DNA of 64,000 bases from an uncultured virus (IMG/VR IMGVR_UViG_3300002158_000015) (IMGVR_UViG_3300002158_000015), one strand, 5' to 3'. Numbered from the stretch's first letter, positions 17,925 to 27,626 are shown. Numbers and translations are program-made. The notes: generated by a model from the sequence alone, not told the origin.

Positions 17925-20362
17925 TGCGCTGGCTCCTTGGCTGCCTGCTGCTCGGCAAAGCTCTGCTGGCGATTGGCGCGGGTCTCTGCGCTCGTGCCCT
18001 GCCGTTCGGCAAATGATTGTTGTCTATCGGCCAAGGTAGCGCTTTTGTCTGCCGCCTTCGCCTGCTGGACTTGCCCGGCAGCCTGCATAGCTTGATCGAC
18101 CTGCTGCGCCTGCGCATGATTGGCGGCGGTGTATTCCGATAGCTGCTGCTTGCGCTCATCGAGGCCAATCGACGCGAGGATTTTCGCCGTCTGCGCCGTG
18201 AGGTTGTCGATTTCGGCTTGCGCCTTTGACCCCTTGGTCTGCAAATCCCCGAGCTGCAATTTCAGCTTGCCGTTTTCCTGTTCGGTCTTGGCCTGATCGT
18301 TTTGAGCCTTGATCTGCAACTCGGCAATCTTGCGCTGGTTTTCGGCCTGATCGAGTGCGGCCTTGGCCTGTACGCCTGCCATGGCAGCCTTGGCCTTTTC
18401 CATTTCGGCATCGGCAAGCTTCGCATTGGCGTCGGCCATCGCCTTCTCAGCGTCGCCGTTGCCCTGCTGCCCTGCCATCTGAGCGGCCATCTGCGGCGCT
18501 GCATCAACGAAGTCATCAATGAGGCCGTTCAACTCGCGCCCGACACGGTAGGGAGCCGTCACGAACTTAAGGAAGCCGCCGGCAAGCGCAGCGCCCGCTT
18601 CTCCCATCTGAGCCAGCCCAACAAGAGCCTGCGTCGATTGGGCCACCACGCCCAGGAATTCATTGCGGGCCGCTTTCTCCGCAACCTCGTCGGTCATGAT
18701 GGTGCTATCGGTCGCGATCTCGAAGGCAAAGCCGCGTGTGCGGTCATCGCGCAGTAGGTCAATCACGTCCTCGATAGGCACGGTTTCCTCGGCCTGCTTG
18801 AGAGGCCCGGCATATTTCTGGATGATCTGCTGTTGCGCGGCCTGGAACTGCTGTTGAGCCTGCTGCGGGTCGACCTGCTGGCCTTGCGGCTGTCCAGGTT
18901 GCTGCCCCTGCGCCGCCTGTTGAGCCATCCCCTTGGCCTTCTCTCCCAGCGCCTTCAATTCCTGCTTGGCGGATTCCTCGATACCCTTGATGTTCTTGGC
19001 GATCTCCGCTTTCGACGGGATTTCCATCTGCGCCATGTCAAGCAGCGTCTCTTTCGAGAACTTATCTGAGGCGATCTCGGCAACGATGCGAGCAACGTCA
19101 CGCGCCACGCGCTGCAATTCATCGATCTTATCGCGGACGCGAACTGAGCCGTACTGGCTCTTGAGCTGCTGTGCGCCTAGCGTTTCCTGCGCTTCGGTAG
19201 CCCCTCGCATAATATCCGAGATGCCGGAAAGCTGGTAGAAATCCTCGAATAGCTGGCCGCGTGATGCAATCAGACCCTGGATGGCTTCCGCAAGCTCCTT
19301 AAGCGGCAGCGTTACCATAAGGTTGCTGCCGGCAGACGCCATAAGCGCCGCTGCCGGGACAGGGATAACGATCTCGTCGTCGTCGCTTCGGAGGGCTAGA
19401 TCGATAGCGTCTCCGATATCGCCGCCGGCCGGGATAAGAACCTTCAACCGAACCTTGTCGAGCAACAGATAGATGCGGCTCGTGAGCGTGCTGATCTTCG
19501 ACAGATGCGCGGCGTAGCGAACATAATCCGGCACCGGAACAAGCGAACGCCTACGCAACGTGCCATAGGCTGGCCGTGGGCACGGGTAGAAGTCGCGCAG
19601 CTTTAGGTGCGGCTCGCCCTCGTCCAGCATCACTGGGCAGTCTGGCGCGACCCAATAGACCTTGTTGTCATTGCGGTGCCAGACTTCCCAAACGCCAGCT
19701 TTCTTGCTGTCGTCGGCGCTGCCGTTGTCCTTGTCGTCACGGCGGATTTCGGTCTTAGCCTGCTGGTATGCCTTGCCGCTGGTACTACCGAAACGCTTGC
19801 GCATCTCAGTCTTGGTCATCCAAGCCCGACGAGCCACCCAGCCGACATCAGCCCAACAACGGGCCGGCTCATGAAGGAAGTCGGTGCGGTCCACATGGTC
19901 TACGCAAGCGCGCTGCTCGCCGTCCTCGCTCTCATAGGTGACCCACAGAACGCCGCGATTGGTGAAGGCCAGGTCATCACGCAAGGAAAGCATGGACTGA
20001 TCGAGATTGGTACGGTCAAACGCCGAAGTCGTGACGCGTTCTAACAATTCCGCCGTGGTGTTGTAGAGCGGGCGGCGATCCGCAAACATTGGGGCCACGG
20101 CGGGAACCGGAGCGTGAGCGTAGATCGCCGGCTTGAGGATTTCCATGCTGGACCAGAACAGATCATAGTCCGGGTCTAGCCACGTGCTGTCATAAGTATT
20201 GTCGCGGCTGTAAACGTCATCGATGCGCCGGCACGTGTCCTGATAGTCGCGAAACGTGTCCGTTGCCTTCTTGATGGCAGACAGGACACGCGACGACGAA
20301 CGGGCCTCGCCGCCCTCGTCTACCAGCGTGTCGCTGACTTCAGTTTCTAGTTCATCAGCCAA
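17921..20362 (-). CDS. Portal protein (P22-like, long C-terminal helical barrel)
   Basis: 813 aa after terminase; Gln/Ala-rich coiled-coil C-terminus. Confidence 0.85.
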   Translation of the reverse strand: MADELETEVSDTLVDEGGEARSSSRVLSAIKKATDTFRDYQDTCRRIDDVYSRDNTYDSTWLDPDYDLFWSSMEILKPAIYAHAPVPAVAPMFADRRPLYNTTAELLERVTTSAFDRTNLDQSMLSLRDDLAFTNRGVLWVTYESEDGEQRACVDHVDRTDFLHEPARCWADVGWVARRAWMTKTEMRKRFGSTSGKAYQQAKTEIRRDDKDNGSADDSKKAGVWEVWHRNDNKVYWVAPDCPVMLDEGEPHLKLRDFYPCPRPAYGTLRRRSLVPVPDYVRYAAHLSKISTLTSRIYLLLDKVRLKVLIPAGGDIGDAIDLALRSDDDEIVIPVPAAALMASAGSNLMVTLPLKELAEAIQGLIASRGQLFEDFYQLSGISDIMRGATEAQETLGAQQLKSQYGSVRVRDKIDELQRVARDVARIVAEIASDKFSKETLLDMAQMEIPSKAEIAKNIKGIEESAKQELKALGEKAKGMAQQAAQGQQPGQPQGQQVDPQQAQQQFQAAQQQIIQKYAGPLKQAEETVPIEDVIDLLRDDRTRGFAFEIATDSTIMTDEVAEKAARNEFLGVVAQSTQALVGLAQMGEAGAALAGGFLKFVTAPYRVGRELNGLIDDFVDAAPQMAAQMAGQQGNGDAEKAMADANAKLADAEMEKAKAAMAGVQAKAALDQAENQRKIAELQIKAQNDQAKTEQENGKLKLQLGDLQTKGSKAQAEIDNLTAQTAKILASIGLDERKQQLSEYTAANHAQAQQVDQAMQAAGQVQQAKAADKSATLADRQQSFAERQGTSAETRANRQQSFAEQQAAKEPAQ

Positions 20363-20365
20363 TGG

Positions 20366-21733
20366 CTATCTCCTGCGCACGCTCGGCAGCGGCGGGGCAC
20401 GGACATATCCGTCTTCGTGCGCGTATTCGGGCTTGGCTGGCTCTGGCTTGGGCTCAGGAATTGCCCGCCATGCCATGGATAGATAGCGGTAGGCATCTGC
20501 CAAGTGCGATGACCAGTCGTGGACTTCACTGGCCTTGAACGTCTTCTTGTCGTCGTCCCACTCTCGCCGATACTGCTCCAGCGCGGCAACGCCCTGCTCC
20601 TCGCAGCGTGGATGAAACACCGACCGCGCCAGCGTCTTACGGGCCGCGTTGATGCCATCCAACTTGCCGGCGAGCGGCACTACTTGAGGATGAAGCCCAA
20701 GCCCCTGCATCGTCTCGACGCGGGTGCGGCCTGTGCCCCATTCCTTGACCTTCGCGTCGTGAGGCACGAAGTCCGTGCCATCCTTCCAGCCGTGAAGCTT
20801 GCGGCGCTGCTCAACTATCTCCGCGAAGTGATCAACGCCGGCGCCCGACTGCGAATAGCAATCGAGAATGAAGACCTGCGTCCCAACGACCTGGAACCAC
20901 CAAATTGAGGTATCATCCTTGACGCCGATATCCCAAGCCCGATGCACCGGTCTCGTCGGGTCGGCCTCGACTTCAGCAATGCGCCCTTCCTTGCGCACCG
21001 CAACCATTTCGCGGGCATAAAAGGCGCCGAGAATCGCGGCGTTGAAACTGCACTCGTACTCCTGTTCGAACTGCGCGCGACCTACGTCGTCGCCGTACAG
21101 GTCAATGTACTCGCTCAGGCTTTCTTCGAGTTGAGGAAGCGAAAGCGCCCCGGTGTCATGAATTGTGCTGAGTTCCGCAAAATAACGCGGGTTTTCAGCC
21201 ATCATCCTCTTGTAGCGCTGGAATGTTGCGTGAGCGTGGTTCTTGCCGCGCGGCGTGGTGATGAACGCCGCACCACCGCCGTTTTCCTCCAGCATCGGAC
21301 GGTGATAGGCCCATGCTGATGGGTTAGCGAGCGCCCATTCAGAATACGTGATGAACACAGGACCAGCGCCAACCGTGGCGTTGTATCGGTCTGATCCTAT
21401 GCACTGCCATGTCGAGCCGTTCCGCAACTCAATGAACATCTCATCATTGAGTGTCCGGCGGCGTGTTTCTGGCGGGAAAGCCTCGTCAATGCGCCGCTTT
21501 CCTGTGTTGGCGTTGACGGCTTCCCATATTGCCTTCCTCGCTTGGGCATATTCAGGAAGGCAGTGCCAGTAGGTTCCAACGCGGTGATGCATCCGCTGAT
21601 TTGCGGCACCGAGAGCGACTTCGTCCTTTCCCCAACGCCGATGCGCTATCTCTATTGCTCGGCAGTCTTGCGCATTGATGAGATGTTGGAAAAATGACGA
21701 CTGATACCAGCGCCAGCGGCGGACAAAAGTCAT
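20366..21733 (-). CDS. terL: Terminase large subunit
   Basis: HRRWGKD Walker A, ITTPRGKNH, WDIG.KD, SHLADAYRY motifs. Confidence 0.92.
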   Translation of the reverse strand: MTFVRRWRWYQSSFFQHLINAQDCRAIEIAHRRWGKDEVALGAANQRMHHRVGTYWHCLPEYAQARKAIWEAVNANTGKRRIDEAFPPETRRRTLNDEMFIELRNGSTWQCIGSDRYNATVGAGPVFITYSEWALANPSAWAYHRPMLEENGGGAAFITTPRGKNHAHATFQRYKRMMAENPRYFAELSTIHDTGALSLPQLEESLSEYIDLYGDDVGRAQFEQEYECSFNAAILGAFYAREMVAVRKEGRIAEVEADPTRPVHRAWDIGVKDDTSIWWFQVVGTQVFILDCYSQSGAGVDHFAEIVEQRRKLHGWKDGTDFVPHDAKVKEWGTGRTRVETMQGLGLHPQVVPLAGKLDGINAARKTLARSVFHPRCEEQGVAALEQYRREWDDDKKTFKASEVHDWSSHLADAYRYLSMAWRAIPEPKPEPAKPEYAHEDGYVRAPPLPSVRRR

Positions 21734-22182
21734 TGCCCGTCCGGCTTCGCCTCAAAAATGTTCTGGAAGACAATTGGTGAGCCATCGGGGTTTGAAAGCG
21801 TGTGGTCCTGCTTATCCCGCCAGTTGTTCGGCTTTCGATTGGTCAACCACAGCTTTGCCGCCCCTGGATCGGGGGCGACGTGTTCGACGGTCGCAGCGCG
21901 AATGACCTCACCCTGAAACTGAAAAACCTTCTCACTTTCGAATGTGTAGCCAACCGCTCGATTGTAGAGCGCGCGCTCTACCCGTGTGTCGGAATTCTCC
22001 TTGCCAACTATGAGCGCCTGACAAAAATCTTCGTGGACATTCTTCCACCGATAGATTGTGCGAGTGTCCACCTTGAAGAAATCCGCCAACTCAAAGTCGG
22101 TAGCACCAAGTGCGCACAGCTTTGCTGCCTGCTCCGCATAATCCGGCTTGTAGTCTGTCGGCCTGCCTCGTTCGGCCATCAC
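21730..22182 (-). CDS. terS: Terminase small subunit
   Basis: GRPTDY...LGATD.ELADFF.V...TIYRWK HTH; overlaps terL start. Confidence 0.85.
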   Translation of the reverse strand: MMAERGRPTDYKPDYAEQAAKLCALGATDFELADFFKVDTRTIYRWKNVHEDFCQALIVGKENSDTRVERALYNRAVGYTFESEKVFQFQGEVIRAATVEHVAPDPGAAKLWLTNRKPNNWRDKQDHTLSNPDGSPIVFQNIFEAKPDGQ

Positions 22183-22409
22183 TGCACCGTATGGTGAGTA
22201 GCATTGCCGTCGCTGTCGATTTCGGTCACGACGCTTACGTCAGACCCCGAAGCAATATCCCATGCGATCTTGATTGCTACGTCTTCGGAAAGTGGAGCAT
22301 AAACCTGATAGACGCCTGCGAGCACATCCAGCATTGCGTCTATGCCGTGCTTGGATGCGAAATCTGCGCAGGCAGTGACAAGATGTTCTGTGTCGTCAGG
22401 CATATGCAC
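22179..22409 (-). CDS. Hypothetical protein
   Basis: Coupled to terS. Confidence 0.55.
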   Translation of the reverse strand: MHMPDDTEHLVTACADFASKHGIDAMLDVLAGVYQVYAPLSEDVAIKIAWDIASGSDVSVVTEIDSDGNATHHTVQ

Positions 22410-22410
22410 C

Positions 22411-22596
22411 TCACTCAGCCAAATCTTCGATAGCTTCCGAAGCTGCTTCGACTATCCGCTTGGCCTTGGTGACAGTGTATGGCTCATCGCGGTCCACGAG
22501 AGCACCGCCAAGCGTGACAACGTCAACAGCCGCAGATACCGGTAGCGTCACCGTATCAACGGCAATGCTGGCCACTTTGCCGATCCAATCGAACAT
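22411..22596 (-). CDS. Hypothetical phage protein (first late gene)
   Basis: AGGA RBS; 61 aa amphipathic. Confidence 0.6.
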   Translation of the reverse strand: MFDWIGKVASIAVDTVTLPVSAAVDVVTLGGALVDRDEPYTVTKAKRIVEAASEAIEDLAE

Positions 22597-22640
22597 GTGC
22601 GATGTCCTGATGTCTTGCCACTCTATGCGGTGGAAATGAA

Positions 22641-22742
22641 TGGGCGTCTGAGCGGATTCGAACCGCCAACCTGTCCCGTTTGTCCCTCGGCCACCACGGC
22701 GTCATAGGCAGGACCGCTCTACCCTTGAGCTACAGCTTGACG
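22641..22742 (-). ncRNA. tRNA-like element with enlarged anticodon loop (pseudo-tRNA or structured RNA)
   Basis: D-arm TAGCTCAAGGGTAGAGC, anticodon stem GTCCT/GGGAC, T-arm GGCGG-TTCGAAT-CCGCT, 3' CCA; 32-nt loop and bulged acceptor. Confidence 0.6.
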
Positions 22743-22867
22743 AGATTGGTTAGATCCCGCTGCCCAACTCTGTCCGCTCTCGCGGAATTGGCTCCCCGGG
22801 GCGCACCCGCACTCTTCCGGGGAATGCTGTGATTTGGGCCTGGAACGCAAATCACCTGCATAGCAAA

Positions 22868-22896
22868 ACACTACTCCCCGAGGTTCACCTCGTCAA
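22868..22896 (-). promoter_or_regulatory. Putative late promoter
   Basis: TTGACG-N17-TAGTGT with near-palindrome GAGGTGAACCTC in spacer, right after late regulator gene. Confidence 0.5.
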
Positions 22897-22897
22897 C

Positions 22898-23437
22898 CTA
22901 TTTTCGCACAGCAATGCGTGTTTGTTGTGCGCTGCTTGAGTAACGCCACATCGCGCTCAGATCGTCCAGAAAGCCCCGTAGCGCGTCCATCAGCGAGAGT
23001 TGCGCGCGCTTCCCGTCCACCAGTTCATTGATTTGAAAGCCCTCTCCACAGACCTGAGAAACGAGCTTGTACCCCCTCTCCCCGAGCAATTCGCGGCAGC
23101 GCTTCAACTCGATACCGGCTTGCATCTGGCGAAGATCGATCGGTTCAGCAATCTGCCCCCCGTCCACTGGCTCCTTGGTGTAGTCGATGGCGCCAGCGCC
23201 TTTACCTCCGAGTGTTTCCCAAAGTTGGCGGAACCGCGTTGCCGACATGGCTTGCGCTTCGTCCAGCAGCTTGCGGGCAACCATGCCACCAACGGCACTT
23301 TCACGCGGATTGATGACAACCTGGATCAAGCGAGGATTGGTCTTGTCGCCGTCATGGGCGCGCGACCAGTTCGGGTTTTCAACGGTTGCTAGCGTGATCG
23401 TGGGCGCTTGTTGAGATTTGCGCTTTGGCTTTCCCAT
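22898..23437 (-). CDS. Late-gene regulator (DUF6456-like, Q-position)
   Basis: Last early-right gene before late leader; C-terminal sigma region 4-like helices. Confidence 0.65.
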   Translation of the reverse strand: MGKPKRKSQQAPTITLATVENPNWSRAHDGDKTNPRLIQVVINPRESAVGGMVARKLLDEAQAMSATRFRQLWETLGGKGAGAIDYTKEPVDGGQIAEPIDLRQMQAGIELKRCRELLGERGYKLVSQVCGEGFQINELVDGKRAQLSLMDALRGFLDDLSAMWRYSSSAQQTRIAVRK

Positions 23438-23438
23438 C

Positions 23439-23684
23439 TCATGCCTCTCTGTGCTGGCGGTCGAGCGCACTACGGCCCGGCAATGGATCGCCGCAAACCC
23501 GACCGGTCAGGCTGCGCGTATCTCTCGGGATGAATGCCATGAGCCTACGGGCCTGCTCATCAACCGCATGGCTGGAGACCATGTAGGTGAGCCCGGCCGC
23601 TTTTCGCGCCGCCGAAACCTCACGTGCTATTTGCAGATCGGCGGTCTTCGATTTGCTGCGCTTCGGAACGTTGTGGATCGTCAT
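23439..23684 (-). CDS. Hypothetical phage protein
   Basis: Start MTIHNVP at 23684; DTRSLTGRVCGDPLPGRSAL motif. Confidence 0.65.
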   Translation of the reverse strand: MTIHNVPKRSKSKTADLQIAREVSAARKAAGLTYMVSSHAVDEQARRLMAFIPRDTRSLTGRVCGDPLPGRSALDRQHREA

Positions 23685-23685
23685 T

Positions 23686-24573
23686 TCAGGCGGCCTCCGA
23701 TTTCCATTCTGACCAGCCCTGACCGTCGCCGGGCTGGATAAGGTTTTGGGGAACGCGGCTGCCGAGGATGCCGGGAGCTGGCCCCCACTCTGCCGTTGAC
23801 CACTGGAGGCGTTCTCGGGCGAGGCGCAGGCGTTTCGCCCAGCGCTCATCATCGACATCCACGACTACCGGCTTAGTGACGCCCCTTCCCGCCTCAAGGC
23901 GTTGAGCATGCGCATCTCGAATGGCGTCAACGAAGTAAGCCCATGAGCCTGCCGGACGCTTGAGCCGCGACGCTCGGGAACGAACTGTCGGGAGGATATC
24001 GGTTTCGAGGTCAACGCCCTGAGTGATCAACTCGAGTATCGGCCCGACGACCAGCGCGCCGTGAGGTTGGATGTTTTCACCGGCAGCATCGAGCAAACGG
24101 CTCGTGAGCATTTCGAGATCGGCCGGTGGCAGCGCGCCAGAAACTACGCCGCTAGGTGTAGTTTCTTTCTGGTTTCTGGCTTCTGGCTTCCGGGCTTTAT
24201 CAGGGGGGTTAACCCCCCGGTTTAGCTTTGGGTTGCCCCCTCGCTTGCCATTTGCCTTATCCTGATTTGCCTTTTCTTCGTCGCGCTTCATACGGCGAGA
24301 GTAAACCGTGCCGTTATCGTCGCGGCTGAACACGCCGGCTTGTTCAAGTTCGCCAACGAGGGCGCCGGCTTCCTTGAGAGATACGCCGGCAAGGGCGGCA
24401 AGCTGGCGTTCTGTCACCGGGTTTCCGTTCACCAGCAGATGACCGCGTGGCTCTGCTTCGTGCATGACACAAAGCATCTCGATCCAAAGCCCGCGCGCCG
24501 CCATAGAACACATGCGCAACGCCGGATCAGCGCGCCAGTCAGACGGGTAAAACTTCATCCATGGGCCGCTCAT
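23686..24573 (-). CDS. Replication initiator (DUF1376/YdaU-like N-terminus)
   Basis: PWMKFYPSDW...ARGLWIEML...YSRRM.RD...NGKRGGNP; adjacent to helicase. Confidence 0.8.
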   Translation of the reverse strand: MSGPWMKFYPSDWRADPALRMCSMAARGLWIEMLCVMHEAEPRGHLLVNGNPVTERQLAALAGVSLKEAGALVGELEQAGVFSRDDNGTVYSRRMKRDEEKANQDKANGKRGGNPKLNRGVNPPDKARKPEARNQKETTPSGVVSGALPPADLEMLTSRLLDAAGENIQPHGALVVGPILELITQGVDLETDILPTVRSRASRLKRPAGSWAYFVDAIRDAHAQRLEAGRGVTKPVVVDVDDERWAKRLRLARERLQWSTAEWGPAPGILGSRVPQNLIQPGDGQGWSEWKSEAA

Positions 24574-26000
24574 TGCAGCGCCCCGTTTCTCACGGCCGCG
24601 CAAGCCATGTCCGCGAAGAGCTCAACAGTTGCAAGGGGGCCGTTTCGCTGCTTGGCGATAATCAGTTCGAGCTTGTTCTGGCAGTCGATCAGCCTATCCG
24701 TTCGCTCAATCTGCGCTTCGGCAGAACCGCCTTTTTCCCGCTCTAGGTAGTAGGCTTCCCGGTAAAGGAACATGATGGTGTCGGCATCCTGTTCAATGGC
24801 GCCGGAATCTCGGAGGTCGGAAAGCTGCGGGCGCTTGTTGTCCCGGCCTTCTACAGCACGATTGAGCTGGGAGAGCAGAACAACGGCTATGTCGTACTCA
24901 CGCGCCAGCCCCTTGAGCAGGCCGGTCATTTCCGTGATTTCGTGGACGCGGTTGCCTGAATAGCGAGACGATGCCCGAATCAGGCCCAAGTGATCGATGA
25001 AAAGAGCGCCAAGCGGAGTTCCAGCCTGTTGGCACTGCTCCATCATGATTTCGGTCTTCACGCGAATATCGGTGATGGAGAGCCCGGACTGGTCCTCAAT
25101 CATGAGCGGCAAGTCGCGCATGTTGTCGGTCGCGGCAGACAGCGCCGACAGCGCTTGGTCATCAACCTTGCCGCGAATGATGTCGGAGTATGGGATTTTC
25201 AAACCGCGATCAAAGGCGAGGTCGGAAATACCGCGCGCGGCAAGTTTGTCGGCATCCATTTCGAGAGAGATGAAGCCGACGCCGACCTTAGATCGAGCGG
25301 CATTGATGCCCACCGAAAGGCCCAGTGTCGTCTTGCCCATTGATGGTCTTGCACCGATCAATGTCAGGTCGCGTCGCTGTATCCCTCCAGTCAGGCGGTT
25401 CACGTCTGTCAGGCCCCATGTGACGCCCGTAAGCCCCGCGCCGCGCTGGCGAGCGTCCTCTGCGGCTGTGAACGCATTTCCGGCGGCTTCCGCGAAAGCC
25501 AAGCGCGTCTTGCGCTTCGGACCGGCGCGAACGTCGGATGCGATGTCATCGAAAGTGCGTCCACATGACGTGATAAGCTGCATGGGGTCGCTGTTCGGAT
25601 CGGCGGCGGCTTCTGCCAAAAGCTTTGCTTCCGCGACGATCTTCAACCGGCCGGCCTGCTCGACTACCTTACGCGCGCTGCGCTCAAGAAACCGGCCGCC
25701 GGAGATGCACCCGGCAACGAGGTTGGCGAGATAGGCCGACATGCTAATGTCAAGCCGCGCCTCCCACGCCCTCCGGTCTTCTTCCGGTATCAGCTTATAG
25801 ATGATCGGCGGGGTGACCGAACCGAAGCGCTCAAAAGCCGACTGGAAATAGCCGAACAGGAAGGCGTGTATCGGCTCAACGAAATGATCGACGCGGACGA
25901 TGCTGGATATACGTGGCAGTTCACCCGACTGCATGATGGAGCCAAGCAAGTCCTGCTCGATCTCGACAACGAAGCTTTCGGCCTTCGGCATTGCGGTCAT
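24570..26000 (-). CDS. dnaB: Replicative DNA helicase, DnaB family
   Basis: GARPSMGKT, SLEM, IDHLGLI, SQLNR, DLRDSGAIEQDAD, KQRNGP. Confidence 0.95.
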   Translation of the reverse strand: MTAMPKAESFVVEIEQDLLGSIMQSGELPRISSIVRVDHFVEPIHAFLFGYFQSAFERFGSVTPPIIYKLIPEEDRRAWEARLDISMSAYLANLVAGCISGGRFLERSARKVVEQAGRLKIVAEAKLLAEAAADPNSDPMQLITSCGRTFDDIASDVRAGPKRKTRLAFAEAAGNAFTAAEDARQRGAGLTGVTWGLTDVNRLTGGIQRRDLTLIGARPSMGKTTLGLSVGINAARSKVGVGFISLEMDADKLAARGISDLAFDRGLKIPYSDIIRGKVDDQALSALSAATDNMRDLPLMIEDQSGLSITDIRVKTEIMMEQCQQAGTPLGALFIDHLGLIRASSRYSGNRVHEITEMTGLLKGLAREYDIAVVLLSQLNRAVEGRDNKRPQLSDLRDSGAIEQDADTIMFLYREAYYLEREKGGSAEAQIERTDRLIDCQNKLELIIAKQRNGPLATVELFADMACAAVRNGALQ

Positions 26001-26431
26001 GCAGCACCTCGCCGTGGAACTGGCAGAGACGCAAAGACGCGATTGATAGCTGTCCCTACCTGCTCCCAGGTATCTGCGTCAGCGGATTGGACAATGACAG
26101 TGCAGGGCGAGCCATCGTCTGCCCATTCCACGATATGTGCAAGAACCGTTGAGCGGGCATCACTGGCGATCACGCCATGCGATACGAGTAGATCGAGAAC
26201 GCCCTTGAGATAGTTGTCGCTGTCGCGCTCGCGATTGTCTGGCGCGACAAGTCGAATAAGAATGCGAACCTGACCATCAAAAGCGGGCACGCGTTGGAGA
26301 TTGAGCCGATATCCGGCCTCATCGCGCCATGCCTTGTATTGCGGGCTTAGGTCGCCTTTCCAGCGACCGCCACGAAAAAGACCATGTACGGAAGGCGGGA
26401 ACGGAAGGTCGATGCGCGCAATTGCCATCAT
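25997..26431 (-). CDS. rusA: RusA-family Holliday junction resolvase
   Basis: LPFPPSV and RDSDNYLKGVLDLL motifs. Confidence 0.85.
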   Translation of the reverse strand: MMAIARIDLPFPPSVHGLFRGGRWKGDLSPQYKAWRDEAGYRLNLQRVPAFDGQVRILIRLVAPDNRERDSDNYLKGVLDLLVSHGVIASDARSTVLAHIVEWADDGSPCTVIVQSADADTWEQVGTAINRVFASLPVPRRGAA

Positions 26432-26565
26432 GCCACCGTCCATATGATCAAGCCAATGAAGACGGTCGCTATCACGAGCCCGACGAGGATCGCCATGACA
26501 ATGCGGTGCAGCCTGTCGGATGGGTCGGGGCCGCGAAGATCGTCGGCAAAGTCGTGCTCGATCAT
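26428..26565 (-). CDS. Small single-TM protein
   Basis: 45 aa, hydrophobic C-terminus, ATGA coupling. Confidence 0.55.
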   Translation of the reverse strand: MIEHDFADDLRGPDPSDRLHRIVMAILVGLVIATVFIGLIIWTVA

Positions 26566-26690
26566 CGCACGCTCCAGAAAAGTGCTATGAGGACGGCAGC
26601 AAAGGCGAAAGCAACGCCGATGATTGCGACCGCCTGCGGCCATGTCTGAACCGCCTGCTGCATGGATGAGATATCCTCAGGCGTCATCAT
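26562..26690 (-). CDS. Small single-TM protein (not in ORF track)
   Basis: MMTPEDISSMQQAVQTWPQAVAIIGVAFAFAAVLIALFWSVR; GAGG RBS; ATGA overlap. Confidence 0.55.
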   Translation of the reverse strand: MMTPEDISSMQQAVQTWPQAVAIIGVAFAFAAVLIALFWSVR

Positions 26691-26702
26691 TCACCCCTCA
26701 AC

Positions 26703-27110
26703 TCAGGCGCGATTAGAAGGGCGAGCCATCGAGCGGAGCGCAGTAAAGAACGCGCTGTAGAAATCCGTTTCGTGGCCAGCCAAGAGAGCGGAGGCTTGGT
26801 CGATGAGTTCGTCGTTGGTGCGGAGTTCCTGCTGGCCATAAGACAACCCTGTCAGTTCTTCGAGGTCGCGGATTTCGTCCGCATTGAGGGTGATGCGGTC
26901 ATCGGCGTACCAGCAGTCCTTGACCCGATTGGCGGTCCAGCGACGCTTGCGGTTGTCTCGCTTGCGGTCGTGGCGAAGGAGTGCTGAAATCGCGTGACGT
27001 AGGCGGATACCCGCCGATCCAAGCGACGGCGGTGCCACCCGCGACTGGAGCGCGAACTGCGCAAACTCAAGCGATGACATTTCTGATTTCTCCGATGACT
27101 TTTCGGACAT
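26703..27110 (-). CDS. CII-position regulatory protein
   Basis: Start MSEKSSEKSEMS with AAGGAG RBS; WTANRVKDCWYAD helix motif. Confidence 0.6.
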   Translation of the reverse strand: MSEKSSEKSEMSSLEFAQFALQSRVAPPSLGSAGIRLRHAISALLRHDRKRDNRKRRWTANRVKDCWYADDRITLNADEIRDLEELTGLSYGQQELRTNDELIDQASALLAGHETDFYSAFFTALRSMARPSNRA

Positions 27111-27573
27111 TTCCGAAGCTCCTTGCTGCATGGTTGTGACCATGAACAAGGACAGCAAACGAAAGGTCGAAACTCTTGGTGAAGCCGCCGCGCGGTTGCT
27201 TCGCAGGCTTGAAGCGCGGCGGAATAGACCATCGGGCGAGATGCCCGAACGAATTGAACCGGAGGCGAGCAGCTCGGGGAGGAAAGCTCCTCAAGCCTCC
27301 GGTATCCGCGCCAACAGTCGCGGATTGGAATTGGAGGACGGGCAGCCGCTTTCGAGAGTTTCGATCTTGTGCGGTGAAACTACCAAGGATCGCGGCTACC
27401 CTAGCCTGGACGACGTCCTTGGTGCAGATCGCAACGGCAAGAAGCCGATGCTCCAGGTGTTCGTAATGCGCCGCAACGCCGTCGGCGCTCGGCTGGACGA
27501 AGGTTGGTTTCCTCGTCGCCTTCGTCCAGCCGTCTTGCGGGGCGCGAATGATAATAGGAAACATATTCGTCAC
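27067..27573 (-). CDS. Hypothetical ORF (paralog of 28210-28770; opposite strand also open)
   Basis: GTGA coupling to upstream stop; shares IIIxxPQxGW and QPSAD with paralog. Confidence 0.35.
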   Translation of the reverse strand: MTNMFPIIIRAPQDGWTKATRKPTFVQPSADGVAAHYEHLEHRLLAVAICTKDVVQARVAAILGSFTAQDRNSRKRLPVLQFQSATVGADTGGLRSFPPRAARLRFNSFGHLARWSIPPRFKPAKQPRGGFTKSFDLSFAVLVHGHNHAARSFGNVRKVIGEIRNVIA

Positions 27574-27621
27574 GGCTCGACTCTCTTTTTGGAGCGATCC
27601 ATGATCTCGCCAGTCAAATAG
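27142..27621 (+). CDS. Hypothetical antisense ORF (paralog of 28342-28803)
   Basis: Shares LGEAA/IGELA start and RPAVLRGANDNR end with paralog. Confidence 0.4.
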   Translation: MNKDSKRKVETLGEAAARLLRRLEARRNRPSGEMPERIEPEASSSGRKAPQASGIRANSRGLELEDGQPLSRVSILCGETTKDRGYPSLDDVLGADRNGKKPMLQVFVMRRNAVGARLDEGWFPRRLRPAVLRGANDNRKHIRHGSTLFLERSMISPVK

Positions 27622-27626
27622 TTGAT

